Source: Gemmatimonadaceae bacterium | GTDB taxonomy: Bacteria > Gemmatimonadota > Gemmatimonadetes > Gemmatimonadales > Gemmatimonadaceae | Length of the DNA stretch: 61,740 nt | Assembly: GCA_044224875.1 (NCBI GenBank) | Contig: JBGAJQ010000024.1 | Span: forward strand, 1-61,740 | Reading direction: 5' to 3' | Part shown: positions 1 to 9,459 of the stretch, piece by piece | Numbering within the stretch: the first letter of the stretch is position 1 | Layout of the letters: the number at the start of each line of letters is the position of its first letter | The notes under the pieces: generated by a model | The model's database searches: none | Told to the model about the DNA's origin: nothing | Seen by the model: the letters and a program-made list of their open reading frames with translations, nothing else | Translations under genes and position numbers: made by a program

Positions 1-478
1 ATGCATCGCCGACAACGGTCCCACTGTTGTTGATTTTGTTAAAGCCAGTGGAGAGCGCTCCGGGTGAGCTGTGTAGCGCATAGCCGGACAACGCCGTCCA
101 GACGAAGCCGACGTGGCCCGATGCCGTGCCTAACGTTCCGACGACCGTTCCGGCGTCGTTGATTGCGTTGGCCCAACCCTCGGTGGTGCCGGCGGGTAAG
201 CCGAGGTCCACGGCACCCGAGGTGGTCCAAATCGTCGGGTGCTCAACCACACCGAACGTACTTGCCCCTGCGATGTCGCCATTCCGGTTGATCGACAGCG
301 CCCGCGGTGAAGTCCCACCGGCAGGCGCAGGGAGGAGCGCGACCGTGTAGCTCGTGGCCTCTACTTGGGCTGCGCGGAATGCATCCCATCGGCCTTGCAG
401 CTGGTTTGGACCTGCCGCATCGGAGCAGGAGGCGCCGGTGACCAGGATCGGCAGGAGCAGAAGGGATCGACGTCGCAT
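1..478 (-). CDS. Secreted/lipoprotein with HAF-like extracellular repeats (partial, runs off the left edge)
   Basis: Not in the ORF track. Manual translation from ATG at 478 gives MRRRSLLLLPILVTGASC (lipoprotein-like signal), then repeats such as ALSINRNGDIAG, ANAINDAGTVVG and FNKINNSGTVVG, with no stop before the window edge. Confidence 0.75.
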   Translation of the reverse strand, partial: MRRRSLLLLPILVTGASCSDAAGPNQLQGRWDAFRAAQVEATSYTVALLPAPAGGTSPRALSINRNGDIAGASTFGVVEHPTIWTTSGAVDLGLPAGTTEGWANAINDAGTVVGTLGTASGHVGFVWTALSGYALHSSPGALSTGFNKINNSGTVVGDA

Positions 479-613
479 ACGCCCACGATGGTGTCAAGGA
501 TACCCCCCTCTCAGCCACCGCCCCTCCTTGCTTCACAAGGAGCCCCCTCCCTACCTTCTCAGCGCCAGCCGAGAAGTACCCTGACGAGCGGTGACCGAAG
601 GGTCTGTTCACTC

Positions 614-633
614 TTCACTGTGCCCACAGTGAA
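614..633. promoter_or_regulatory. Perfect 9-bp inverted repeat (TTCACTGTG-cc-CACAGTGAA) in a divergent promoter region; candidate operator
   Basis: Seen directly between the divergent genes starting at 478 (-) and 658 (+). An extra TTCACT half-site lies at 607-612. Confidence 0.4.
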
Positions 634-657
634 CTCGCCCCGTCTTCCAACCGTCAG

Positions 658-3600
658 ATGCCAGCCAAGCGACCTACCCCCGACACGTCTGACGCGAATC
701 TGACGCTGAGGACGTTAGGCAACGCATCGCTGCTCTCGCTGTCTGAGGGTGCCGAACCTGCCGAGGTGTTCGGCGTCGGAAAGCCCCTCGCGCTAATCAC
801 TTATCTCGCCGCCACACCAGCCGGTCACGCGTCCCGCGCTCGGCTCATCGACCTCTTGTGGTCCGACCTGGACCCAGACGCCGCAAAACACGCGCTCCGT
901 CAGACAATCTGGTACATCCGCCGACGTGGTGGTGCCCAACTGCTCGCAGCAACGTCCGATGCGGTGGCTCTCGGCTTCAACCTGCCATCGGATCGGACGG
1001 AATTGCTCGCCGCTTCTGCAGCCGGCCAGCATGAGCGCGTCGTCGCCCTCTATCGCGGTCCGTTCTTCCCAGACTTCGCCGCCCCGGGTTGTCTCGAATT
1101 CGAACATTGGGCGGACGCCGAGCGTCGCCGGCTGGCGCAGATTTTCGCCTCCTCGTGCGATGACCTCGTTCGTCGATTGCTTAACGAAGCCAAGTTCCGT
1201 GAGGCGCAGGCGCTCGCACGCCGGCTGCGGGACAGCGTCCCGCACTCAGAGGCGGCGTGGCGGTTGGTGCTGGAGGCGCACCTCTCGGCCGGAGATCAAC
1301 TGGGAGCCGTCCTCGATGCCGACGCGCTGGAGAATATGGCCGCGCACGAGGAGTTGGAGCTGGAGGCCAGCACGCGCGCCCTCATCCGGACAGTGCGGAG
1401 CGGGCGCCGAAGGCTCACGGAACCCGCATCGACTCCAGACGAACCCGACTCCTCATCGTTGGAAACGGTACTCGTCGGCCGCGAAGCGGCGTTTTCTCGC
1501 GTGCTCAGCGCATGGGACGCGGTCCAACGAGGTCGAAGCTGGCGGTTTGTCATCGTTGCACGCTCTGGGCTGGGCAAGACTCGCCTGATTCGAGACCTCG
1601 CCGTTCGACTGCGCGCCTCGCGCGCGCGCGTCGTGACCGCACGTGCCAGCCTCACGCAGCGTGACCTCGTCTATGCGCTCGCCAGCGAAGTAGCCGCAGC
1701 GCTCGCCGCGTTGCCGGGCGCTCGTGCCATCTCGACACAATCCGCAGCCATTCTCGTCGGGCTCAACCCAACCCTTTCCACACACTTCAGCGCACCGCCA
1801 CGAAGCGTGACTGGTGACGAGGGCCTCCGTCAGCTCGTGCTTGCCCTGCGGGAACTGATCGACGCGGTGGCCGACGAACATGCGGTGGCGTTGTTCATCG
1901 ATGACCTGCACTGGAGTGACGACGCCTCGCATCGCCTACTGATGAACGTCGCGAGTGAGCTGGTGACGCCGCGGCTGCTACTCGTGTTCTCGTCGCGTCC
2001 CGACGGACGGCTGGCCCAGCACCACGGCGGCGCCTTCGAGGACCTCATCGACTTGCCCGCGCTCGAACCGAAGCACGTAGCGCAAATGATCGAGAGCGTG
2101 GCGGCGCTTCCGGACGACTCCTGGGCCCGTGAACTGCCGGTGCAGCTCTGCCGAAGCGCCGACGGATCGCCACTCCTGGTACTCGAGACCCTGCAGCACC
2201 TGATGGACCGCGGGGTCCTGACGCGCATCGACGACGTCTGGCACTACGCGCGCCCCGGAGAACTCTCCACGATCCTGACGAGCGGCAGTCCGATCCGCAC
2301 ACGACTCGCCGCCCTCGACCGACCGGAGCGCTGGCTGCTGACGGTAGCCGCCTGTGTGCGGCGTCCGCTGTCACTCGACTTCTTTGCACGCGCCGACGAC
2401 CGTTCGACGGACACGGTCCGACGAGCCTTGATTGAGCTGGAACGGCGTGGCCTCCTAAGGCGTGAAGGTGATCGATGGCAGATCACACACGACGAAATCG
2501 CCGACGCTGCACTGGACGTGGTGGGCGACGAGGCACGACGCGCGGCGCTGGTGGCCACCGGCCGCGCGCTCACAGCCACGTCGGGGTTTCCCGACCGCGA
2601 TGGCCAGCTCGCGGCGCAAATGCTCACATCGGCACAGGCGACCGACGAACTCCGGTCGCTGTTTGGACGCATCGCCGCCCGCGCGTATGCGCGTGGGGAT
2701 CGACGCCGGCCATCGCTGCTGGCAGCGGACTTGCTCGGTGTTGGTGCTGACGACGCCGTCGCGCAGACGCTGGCCGCATCCGTTCCCCTGCGCTGGCGCC
2801 TGGGCCTCGTCTCGCGTGCGAGAGCCGTCTCGGCGGCAGCCGTGGCCATCGGCGTCGCTGCCCTCCTGACCACCATGGCGCTGTGGCGCGCGGGCGCATC
2901 ACCACCGCCGGACGCCGTACTCGCGGCGTTGGCGCCGGAGGCCGGCACGCTCCTCGTTCGTCAGTTCGAACTGCGGGAGGATGATTGGCCGGACTCGAAG
3001 CCGCTATCGGACCGGACGACAACAACAGACTTCGTGGTGCCCGGGTTTGACCTGACGAGCGTCGGTGGAACCGCATCGCCTACGGGTCGCGGGGTCATTC
3101 TCTCGCTGGCGGTTGACGACTCGGGAGTGATCGATCTATTCCGCGCCGAGCCTGGTCAGCCGCTCCGGCGGCTAACGTGGTCGCGCGGAGACGATTTGAC
3201 GCCTGATCTCAGCCCCGATGGGCACTCGCTTGTGTTCTCCACCGCCCGATGGAGCGAGTTCAGCCGCTATGACCTCGCGTTACTCGATGTCCAAACGGGC
3301 CAGGTGTCTCAGCTGACCAGCGGTGATGAGAGCGACGACGGCCCCCGCTGGAGTCTCGATGCAACCAGTGTCGCCTTTACACGAAGACGATGGGGGCGAG
3401 GCTCGACGCAGCTTTGCGTGCTCCACCTCTCTGGACGACAACTCTCCTGCCGAGACACCCCGCTCGTCAGTCAGTTCAGCGGCTGGCTCGACGCCACTCA
3501 CGCGCTCGTGCGCACCGATTCATCGGGGCGAAGGCGGCTGAATGTGGTGAACGTTCAGACTGGTGAGCTGCGCCCCTTCGACATGGACTGGCAGGTGGAC

Positions 3601-4707
3601 ATGGCAACCGTGAGCCCGGACGGTCGGTGGGTGTTTTGTCGGTGTGCCGTACGTCAAGGCGACCCCGTGGTGCCCGTGGTGTTCCCTTCCGACCGGCCAA
3701 GGCGCTTCCGAACCGTTCAAACGACGCCCGCTACGGCATCCATGTTCCCGACGTGGCTGACGTATTCCCGCGCCGCCCTGTCCAACTCAGTCGCCATCGA
3801 CTCGGGTTGGAGGAGTGTCATCGTCGGCGCACCACATACATTCACCGCCGTGGTCCAAGACTCGTTAGGACGCGCAATGACCTCCAGCGCCGTCCGTTGG
3901 TCCGTTATTGGACGGGAAGCGTCGATCGATTCGGCCACTGGTGTGCTCGTCACACCGCGTGCGGGACCACTCGAGGTTGTCGCCACAGCCGATGCAAGAA
4001 TACGAGCAAGGATTCGAGTCACCGCGGTATCCGATTCGAACGCACTGCTATGGACGGAGGACTGGACCGACTCTTCACTGGCGCGCTGGTATCACATCGG
4101 TTGGCCATCGTCTCGAGTCGCTGACCGCCCCGGTGCCTCGCATGCCCTTTTCACTAACGGCGACGGCTCGTACCACAGCGGCGTGGTTTCGCGTGCGAGG
4201 TTCGAAACATCCCAAGGGCTGGCGATCGACATGGACGTCTCCACGCCGGCGACGCTCAGCCAGTGGCAGCTACTCGAGCTCTTTCTGCGCAACATCCGCG
4301 ACACCGTCACGTATGAAATGGCAGCTGGACACAACGCCCCTCCGTACCCAAACCCGGCCGACGTCGTGTGCGATGCCGGGTGGCCCGTCGAGAGCGCCGT
4401 GGCCACTGGCGAAGCCCGGACGTTGACACTGAATAACGGGAACGGCGGAGCCAACGTGCCGATTCAGTCGCGCCACGTCAGTGGGCGGTGGCTGCACTTC
4501 CGACTTCAACTCTTCCCCGACGGACGGTGCGGTGTTGCATTCGACGGCCAGCCGCTTGCTGTCACGCAAGGACCAGGTCCTTGGCATCCATATGTGCATC
4601 TGGAGATCGGTGGAAATTCCTACCGAACACGGATCCTCGTCGGACCAGTCCGCATCAGGCGCGGCGTACCTAACGACATCGACTGGGCGCCCCTCCTCCT
4701 ACACTGA
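658..4707 (+). CDS. SARP/BTAD + AAA (STAND) ATPase transmembrane regulator with TolB-like beta-propeller, Ig-like and C-terminal beta-sandwich domains
   Basis: N-terminal LRTLG...KPLALITYLA...SRARLIDLLWSD...ALRQ and LYRGPF (SARP/BTAD). Walker A ARSGLGKT and Walker B LFIDDLHWSD. One hydrophobic helix, AAAVAIGVAALLTTMALW. PD40-like repeats (LSPDGHSLVF, WSLDATSVAF, VSPDGRWVF). Big_2-like segment WSVIGREASIDSATGVL. Confidence 0.85.
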   Translation: MPAKRPTPDTSDANLTLRTLGNASLLSLSEGAEPAEVFGVGKPLALITYLAATPAGHASRARLIDLLWSDLDPDAAKHALRQTIWYIRRRGGAQLLAATSDAVALGFNLPSDRTELLAASAAGQHERVVALYRGPFFPDFAAPGCLEFEHWADAERRRLAQIFASSCDDLVRRLLNEAKFREAQALARRLRDSVPHSEAAWRLVLEAHLSAGDQLGAVLDADALENMAAHEELELEASTRALIRTVRSGRRRLTEPASTPDEPDSSSLETVLVGREAAFSRVLSAWDAVQRGRSWRFVIVARSGLGKTRLIRDLAVRLRASRARVVTARASLTQRDLVYALASEVAAALAALPGARAISTQSAAILVGLNPTLSTHFSAPPRSVTGDEGLRQLVLALRELIDAVADEHAVALFIDDLHWSDDASHRLLMNVASELVTPRLLLVFSSRPDGRLAQHHGGAFEDLIDLPALEPKHVAQMIESVAALPDDSWARELPVQLCRSADGSPLLVLETLQHLMDRGVLTRIDDVWHYARPGELSTILTSGSPIRTRLAALDRPERWLLTVAACVRRPLSLDFFARADDRSTDTVRRALIELERRGLLRREGDRWQITHDEIADAALDVVGDEARRAALVATGRALTATSGFPDRDGQLAAQMLTSAQATDELRSLFGRIAARAYARGDRRRPSLLAADLLGVGADDAVAQTLAASVPLRWRLGLVSRARAVSAAAVAIGVAALLTTMALWRAGASPPPDAVLAALAPEAGTLLVRQFELREDDWPDSKPLSDRTTTTDFVVPGFDLTSVGGTASPTGRGVILSLAVDDSGVIDLFRAEPGQPLRRLTWSRGDDLTPDLSPDGHSLVFSTARWSEFSRYDLALLDVQTGQVSQLTSGDESDDGPRWSLDATSVAFTRRRWGRGSTQLCVLHLSGRQLSCRDTPLVSQFSGWLDATHALVRTDSSGRRRLNVVNVQTGELRPFDMDWQVDMATVSPDGRWVFCRCAVRQGDPVVPVVFPSDRPRRFRTVQTTPATASMFPTWLTYSRAALSNSVAIDSGWRSVIVGAPHTFTAVVQDSLGRAMTSSAVRWSVIGREASIDSATGVLVTPRAGPLEVVATADARIRARIRVTAVSDSNALLWTEDWTDSSLARWYHIGWPSSRVADRPGASHALFTNGDGSYHSGVVSRARFETSQGLAIDMDVSTPATLSQWQLLELFLRNIRDTVTYEMAAGHNAPPYPNPADVVCDAGWPVESAVATGEARTLTLNNGNGGANVPIQSRHVSGRWLHFRLQLFPDGRCGVAFDGQPLAVTQGPGPWHPYVHLEIGGNSYRTRILVGPVRIRRGVPNDIDWAPLLLH

Positions 4708-4723
4708 CGGCCGAGCGTACCAC

Positions 4724-4919
4724 CTACACCCCCATCGCCTTCCCCGCCCGCCGCGGATCAGTTGAAGCTGACAACAACCCCGTCCCCGGATCCCGCCACG
4801 CCTGCTGAAATGACCCCATGTGGAAATCATGCGGCTGCCTTCACGGTGATCGTGCTGCCCAACACGGAACGCATGCGCAGCTTCGGCACGCCCAACCAGC
4901 CGGCAATGCCGCCTTCCAT
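4724..4919 (-). pseudogene. Internally deleted 3' remnant of a gamma-glutamyltransferase-family paralog
   Basis: Translates as IAGWLGVPKLRMRSVLGST joined to DFHMGSFQQAWRDPGTGLLSASTDPRRAGKAMGV*. These match two separate parts of the C-terminus of the 11956..13731 gene. Confidence 0.85.
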
Positions 4920-4947
4920 CCGGCAGAGCATCATTGTATCATGAATC

Positions 4948-5262
4948 ATGACCAAAGCTCATGATCGTCGAAGTCGCGTCGCTGAGCCCGTGCAGGTGTA
5001 CCTGGACACCCAGGACCGTGGCGCGCTGGAACAACTCGCTCGCCACCTCGACCTCTCCAAGTCGGACGTTATTCGTCGCGCGCTGAATGCGCTCGAGCGC
5101 GCGACCTTTGCGAATGAAGGGCATCCGGCGCTGCGCGTCGTGGGTCTGGCATCGGCGGAAACAGCGCCGCCGTTGTCGTACGATCCGGCGGTCGAGCACG
5201 ACCGGTACCTCGCGGAGCATGCGGAGTCCCGTCCTGGCCGGAAGAAGAAGCGTGGCGGGTGA
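4948..5262 (+). CDS. CopG/ribbon-helix-helix antitoxin
   Basis: PVQVYL...LEQLARHLDLSKSDVIRRAL RHH pattern and C-terminal AVEHDRYL. It overlaps the downstream PIN gene. Confidence 0.8.
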   Translation: MTKAHDRRSRVAEPVQVYLDTQDRGALEQLARHLDLSKSDVIRRALNALERATFANEGHPALRVVGLASAETAPPLSYDPAVEHDRYLAEHAESRPGRKKKRGG

Positions 5263-5662
5263 ATTCTTCGTCGACACGTCGGCCTGGTACCCCGCGGTGG
5301 TGTCCAGCCATGCCGATCATCGTCGCGTCGCCGCCGCCCTCACCGACCGAGTGCGGGGCCGTCAACGCGTGGTAACGACGAACCTGGTGATTGGTGAGAC
5401 GCACGCGTTGTTGCTCCACCGCGTGCACCGCCACGCGGCGCATGCCTTCCTCACCATGGTGCGCCAGTCTCCTAACGTGGTGATCTACTGCGACGCGGAG
5501 CTGGAGGAGGCGGCGATCACCCGGTGGCTGGAGCCCTACGCCGATCAGCCGCTCTCGTTATGCGACGCGGTGAGCTTCGCGACGATGTCAACGCGCCGGA
5601 TCAAGGAAGCCCTCACCCTGGACCGTCACTTCGCGGTGGCGGGATTTCGCGTGACACCGTAG
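5252..5662 (+). CDS. vapC: PIN-domain (VapC-like) toxin
   Basis: GTG start at 5252. FFVDTSAW, TTNLVIGET, LSLCDAVSF and ALTLDRHF PIN motifs. Confidence 0.85.
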   Translation: MAGEFFVDTSAWYPAVVSSHADHRRVAAALTDRVRGRQRVVTTNLVIGETHALLLHRVHRHAAHAFLTMVRQSPNVVIYCDAELEEAAITRWLEPYADQPLSLCDAVSFATMSTRRIKEALTLDRHFAVAGFRVTP

Positions 5663-5783
5663 ACACGCGCGGCAACGCGCGCGCGGAGGGTGAAAGCAAG
5701 CACCTGCGGTGAGATCAAGAACGAAGGCAACGGGCACGGGAGTGGGCTGGCAAGCCGACGCACATCATGAACGCGTCGTTGGC

Positions 5784-6491
5784 CTAACGCTCCTGCATCT
5801 TCACACCCTCCACCCGCTCCCCATCCTTCTCCCAGACCCGCCGGCCACCAGCCACCACCTCCACGTGCGGCGCTGAGCGTGGCACGAGCACTCGGTACTC
5901 GCCGCCATCTCCCGAGTTGTCCACCAGCACCCGGCCAGGTGCAACAGAAAACGTTGCCGCTCCTACGGGGCCCGACACGGACACCTCGTGCGCGTCACCC
6001 AATGCCACATGGAGCACCATCCCTGGTTGCTGTCGAGCGAACACTATGACCAGGGACGCACCCGGCATCACCGAGACGGTGCTCCGCTCCTCGGTCGTGA
6101 CTGGCGCCGGTGTTAACGCTGGCGGTGTGGCGACACGCTCGGTCCGCGTGGGTCGGTGCCGAAGCCGCTCAACCCACCCTCGCAACGGCGACGCCGGGAT
6201 AGCATAGGCAACTCCCGCCAAACCTACCGCGGCGATCAGGCCCGCGGCCCAGCGCCACGATAGCCACTCGCCGCGGCGCCCGGCATGTCGCCGCACCTCC
6301 GACAGTTGCACCACCCGTACCTCGTGATCCAATGCGCCAAGGAGCCCGTGGATCTCACGCTCCTCGGCTCGGGCCGCTGCCAGGGCGTCCCGGCACGAGC
6401 CACACTCGCCCAGGTGACGCTCCACCTCCATCGCGGAACGTCCAAGCTCACCGTGGAGCACACGCTGGACCTGCTCGCGTTCAAGGTGCAT
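5784..6491 (-). CDS. Zinc-binding (ZAS) membrane anti-sigma factor
   Basis: ATG at 6491 overlaps the end of the sigma gene. HLGECGSC (HxxxCxxC) motif, then a TM helix WAAGLIAAVGLAGVAYA and a periplasmic domain. Confidence 0.8.
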   Translation of the reverse strand: MHLEREQVQRVLHGELGRSAMEVERHLGECGSCRDALAAARAEEREIHGLLGALDHEVRVVQLSEVRRHAGRRGEWLSWRWAAGLIAAVGLAGVAYAIPASPLRGWVERLRHRPTRTERVATPPALTPAPVTTEERSTVSVMPGASLVIVFARQQPGMVLHVALGDAHEVSVSGPVGAATFSVAPGRVLVDNSGDGGEYRVLVPRSAPHVEVVAGGRRVWEKDGERVEGVKMQER

Positions 6492-7038
6492 CGAGGCCGC
6501 CCCGATAATGAGTGCGAAATTGTTCCTTGGCACGCGCCAGCAGAGTGCCGACGCTAGCCTCGTGCAGGCCCAACGCGTGTGCCACGTCCCGATAGCTATA
6601 CCCTTCCGCGCGCAGCAGGAGGAGCTGACGGTCGCGCTCCGGCAATAGCGACAGCGCCGCCTGCACCAGTTGACGCGTCTCCACGCCGGTCGCACCGGCA
6701 TCCGGTGACAATGCCGCCCCCGGTTGCACCTCCACCTCGGCGCCTTCCAACAACCTGGCGCGACGACGCACGGTCGTCCGTGCATTCCGCAGCAAGTTCA
6801 AGGCGACGGAGATCAGCCACGCCTCCGGCGCCTCGGGCATCGCCCCACGGTGATACAGTCGCACGAACGCATCCTGCACCAGGTCCGCCGCCAGGTCAGG
6901 CTCCCCCGAGAGCCGATCAAGGACGCGCGTCACCCGAGACACGTGAAGCCGAAAGAACGAGGCGAACTGCGCGTCAAAGGTCGCGTCGCCGTCTTCCCGC
7001 CCTCGCGACAGAGATCCAATCACCGCCGACGACACCAT
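6481..7038 (-). CDS. ECF RNA polymerase sigma factor
   Basis: AADLVQDAFVRL and WLISVALN (region 2); LSLLPERDRQLLLLRAEGYSYRDVAHALG...SVGTLLARA (region 4). The start is uncertain (7038 chosen; the ORF is open to 7128). Confidence 0.9.
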   Translation of the reverse strand: MVSSAVIGSLSRGREDGDATFDAQFASFFRLHVSRVTRVLDRLSGEPDLAADLVQDAFVRLYHRGAMPEAPEAWLISVALNLLRNARTTVRRRARLLEGAEVEVQPGAALSPDAGATGVETRQLVQAALSLLPERDRQLLLLRAEGYSYRDVAHALGLHEASVGTLLARAKEQFRTHYRGGLDAP

Positions 7039-7115
7039 CTCACCGCCTGTCTCCTTCGCCTGTGGTGGAGGAGCAATCGAGTCGGCGGTTTGTGACGCGC
7101 TCCGCGCCAGACGCC

Positions 7116-9356
7116 CTAGAAACGCCAATCCAGGCCCACCACGAATGGCGACTGCGGACGCATCTCAATCGGAAGTGTGCGACCTCCAGTCTCGGTATAG
7201 GTGAGCACATTGAATCGACTGAGCACGTTTGAGTACGTGGCGAACCAGGCGACGGAGGCGCGACGCGAGCCGACGGTCAGCGCGCGGCTCTGCCGCAGCC
7301 CAACGTCTACCCGCACGTAGTCCGGCAATCGCGTGCCACCCACTCGCGCGGTATCGGCGCGGGGCTGGCCAGAGAACTCGCAACCACGATCCTTCAGGTT
7401 GCACGATTCCCACTCGATGGCGCCTAACGCAGGAGTCGCGCGGCGCCCTCCGCCCGCCGCCAGACCGACGCGCACGCTCGTGGCGGACGTGGGAAGAACC
7501 GTGAGCCCGCCATCGAGTGACCAGCGTGGCGCGAACGACGGCGTGAACGCTCGCCCATTCGCCTCGTATCGCACCTGCTGCTCGCCGAGTCGCAGCATCG
7601 CCCGATACTGCTCCCCCGACCCCGATAGGCTGGCGTGCGCACCCCAGACGCCGGCTGACCCCACCGCGGGAGATCGCAGCAGGAATGGCCCCTCCGCGCT
7701 CGCCCCGGCGACTACCACGCCCTCCATACGTCGCACGTAGCCGCCGCCCTCCACCTGCCACCCGGGCGCCAGACGCCACGACGCCGACAACGACATGTTT
7801 GAGCTCACGGCCACAGGTATGCCACCCGATCCCGCACTCGCGAAAGGCTCGGCGGGGAACACAAATCCCACCACGGATTCCGGATTGCGCATGGATTGAA
7901 CGAACTGCGCCGTCCGATCGGCCGACGCCACGACGGTCAGGCGATTGTGGATGGTCCACTGTGCGGACGCGCCAGGGGTCGCGTACATGCGCCCACGATA
8001 TCGCTGCAGCGCCATGTGCGTCGCCATACGCATCCACGAGGATGGCGCATAACGCACCTGTGCAAACCCGTTCACCCGGGTTGCAACCGACGACTGGTCC
8101 ACGCGCTGCCCAGCGGAATCGTCAGCAGAATACGTGATCAGCGAGCGCTCGCTCCGCACACCGAGGGTCCAGGCACCGCGGCTGGTGCGGCCGTTCAGCG
8201 ACCACTCGCCCCCAAGGTCCGATCGTCGCGAGCGCATGATGCTTGACCCCCACGAGGCGTTGGCGGTGGACCCACTCTGCCAGACCGCGGCCACAAGGGA
8301 GTCTCGCGAGCCGGCCTGGCGTCGCCATCTCAAGGACGTCGCGTGACTCCCCCAATCGAACATGTTGCGTCTGACGGCTGGCACACCTAGAGTGTCGGGC
8401 GGGGCCGACCCGACGTCGAGCTGGTCCCAGGCCTGTGTCGCCAGCAGGCTGAGAGTCCCGGATCGCAGTGGCACCTCCACCTTGGACAACCAGTCGCGAC
8501 TCTCCCCACGAACGAACGTCGGATCAGCCGCTGGTGCCACCCCCGCGGGGAACGCCGTCCGCCCGCTGATGAGAAATCCGGCGCGACTAAAACCCAACGG
8601 TCCGTCAGCCTCGAACCTCGCGTGAGAGGTGCTGATGCCGCCTCGGGTGCGCACCACGTCACCGGGTGCTCTCGTCGTCAGACTCAACGCGCCGGACAGG
8701 GTCGACGACGCGCTTGCCTCCGCGCCGGTCGGTGACAGGCGTGCCGATTGCAGGGCATCGGTATTCCAGGCGCCCATCAGGTCCGACACGTGGAAGGGAT
8801 TGAACACCGGCACCCCGTCGAGGAGATACCCAGTCTGGTCGCTGGATCCCCCCCGAACGAGGAGACCACCGGGAGCCTCCGCGGGAATCGTCACGTCGCC
8901 GCCGACGATGCCGCGCATCACGTCTGGTTCCGCCAGCTGCGGATGGAGGGCGAGATCGCCGGTTGCCAACTCCCGCGTCCCCACCTCTCCGGTAGCTGCA
9001 ACCCCGGTGTCGCGAACACGTCGGACCTCCACGACGGGGAGCTGAGTCGGCAGTGCCTGCAAGGAGACATTGAGCACAAGTACGCCTGACGACGGGACGT
9101 CCACCCGAATGGTACACGGGGCATGTCCCAGCGCACGCACGAGCACACGGTGGGGCCCGCCGGCGAGTCCCCGAATCTCATATCGACCATCCAAGCCCGT
9201 CTGCGCCGTTCGACCATCGTCGAGAGCCGCAACAGTGGCCCGTTGCAGCGGGAGTCCACTCTCGGCATCGCGGATGATGCCCAACACGTTCCCCATGGAG
9301 GGCCCGACGAGCTGGGCGGTGGCCACCAGCGCCAAGACGAGTGGGGAGCCGATCAT
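7116..9356 (-). CDS. TonB-dependent receptor with N-terminal carboxypeptidase-regulatory-like domain
   Basis: Signal peptide; GIIRDAESGLPL...TGLDGRY; plug motif LLVRGGSSDQTGYLLDGVPVFNPFH; RLPDYVRVD; C-terminal aromatic residue (DWRF). Confidence 0.85.
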   Translation of the reverse strand: MIGSPLVLALVATAQLVGPSMGNVLGIIRDAESGLPLQRATVAALDDGRTAQTGLDGRYEIRGLAGGPHRVLVRALGHAPCTIRVDVPSSGVLVLNVSLQALPTQLPVVEVRRVRDTGVAATGEVGTRELATGDLALHPQLAEPDVMRGIVGGDVTIPAEAPGGLLVRGGSSDQTGYLLDGVPVFNPFHVSDLMGAWNTDALQSARLSPTGAEASASSTLSGALSLTTRAPGDVVRTRGGISTSHARFEADGPLGFSRAGFLISGRTAFPAGVAPAADPTFVRGESRDWLSKVEVPLRSGTLSLLATQAWDQLDVGSAPPDTLGVPAVRRNMFDWGSHATSLRWRRQAGSRDSLVAAVWQSGSTANASWGSSIMRSRRSDLGGEWSLNGRTSRGAWTLGVRSERSLITYSADDSAGQRVDQSSVATRVNGFAQVRYAPSSWMRMATHMALQRYRGRMYATPGASAQWTIHNRLTVVASADRTAQFVQSMRNPESVVGFVFPAEPFASAGSGGIPVAVSSNMSLSASWRLAPGWQVEGGGYVRRMEGVVVAGASAEGPFLLRSPAVGSAGVWGAHASLSGSGEQYRAMLRLGEQQVRYEANGRAFTPSFAPRWSLDGGLTVLPTSATSVRVGLAAGGGRRATPALGAIEWESCNLKDRGCEFSGQPRADTARVGGTRLPDYVRVDVGLRQSRALTVGSRRASVAWFATYSNVLSRFNVLTYTETGGRTLPIEMRPQSPFVVGLDWRF

Positions 9357-9459
9357 GCTCTAGGATACCCTCCGTCGCCCGAATCCACTATGCGCGTCTT
9401 GCCGAGGGTATGACCGGCGACAGCCGTTCTCCCGCGTAAGGTGAAGGCGCGAAGGAGAT

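Noticed and set aside
9363..9411. ATACCCTC...GAGGGTAT inverted repeat and a GGATACCC motif shared with position 498
   Set aside because: It could be an ECF -10 element, but there are only two examples with no consistent -35 spacing, which is too weak to call.
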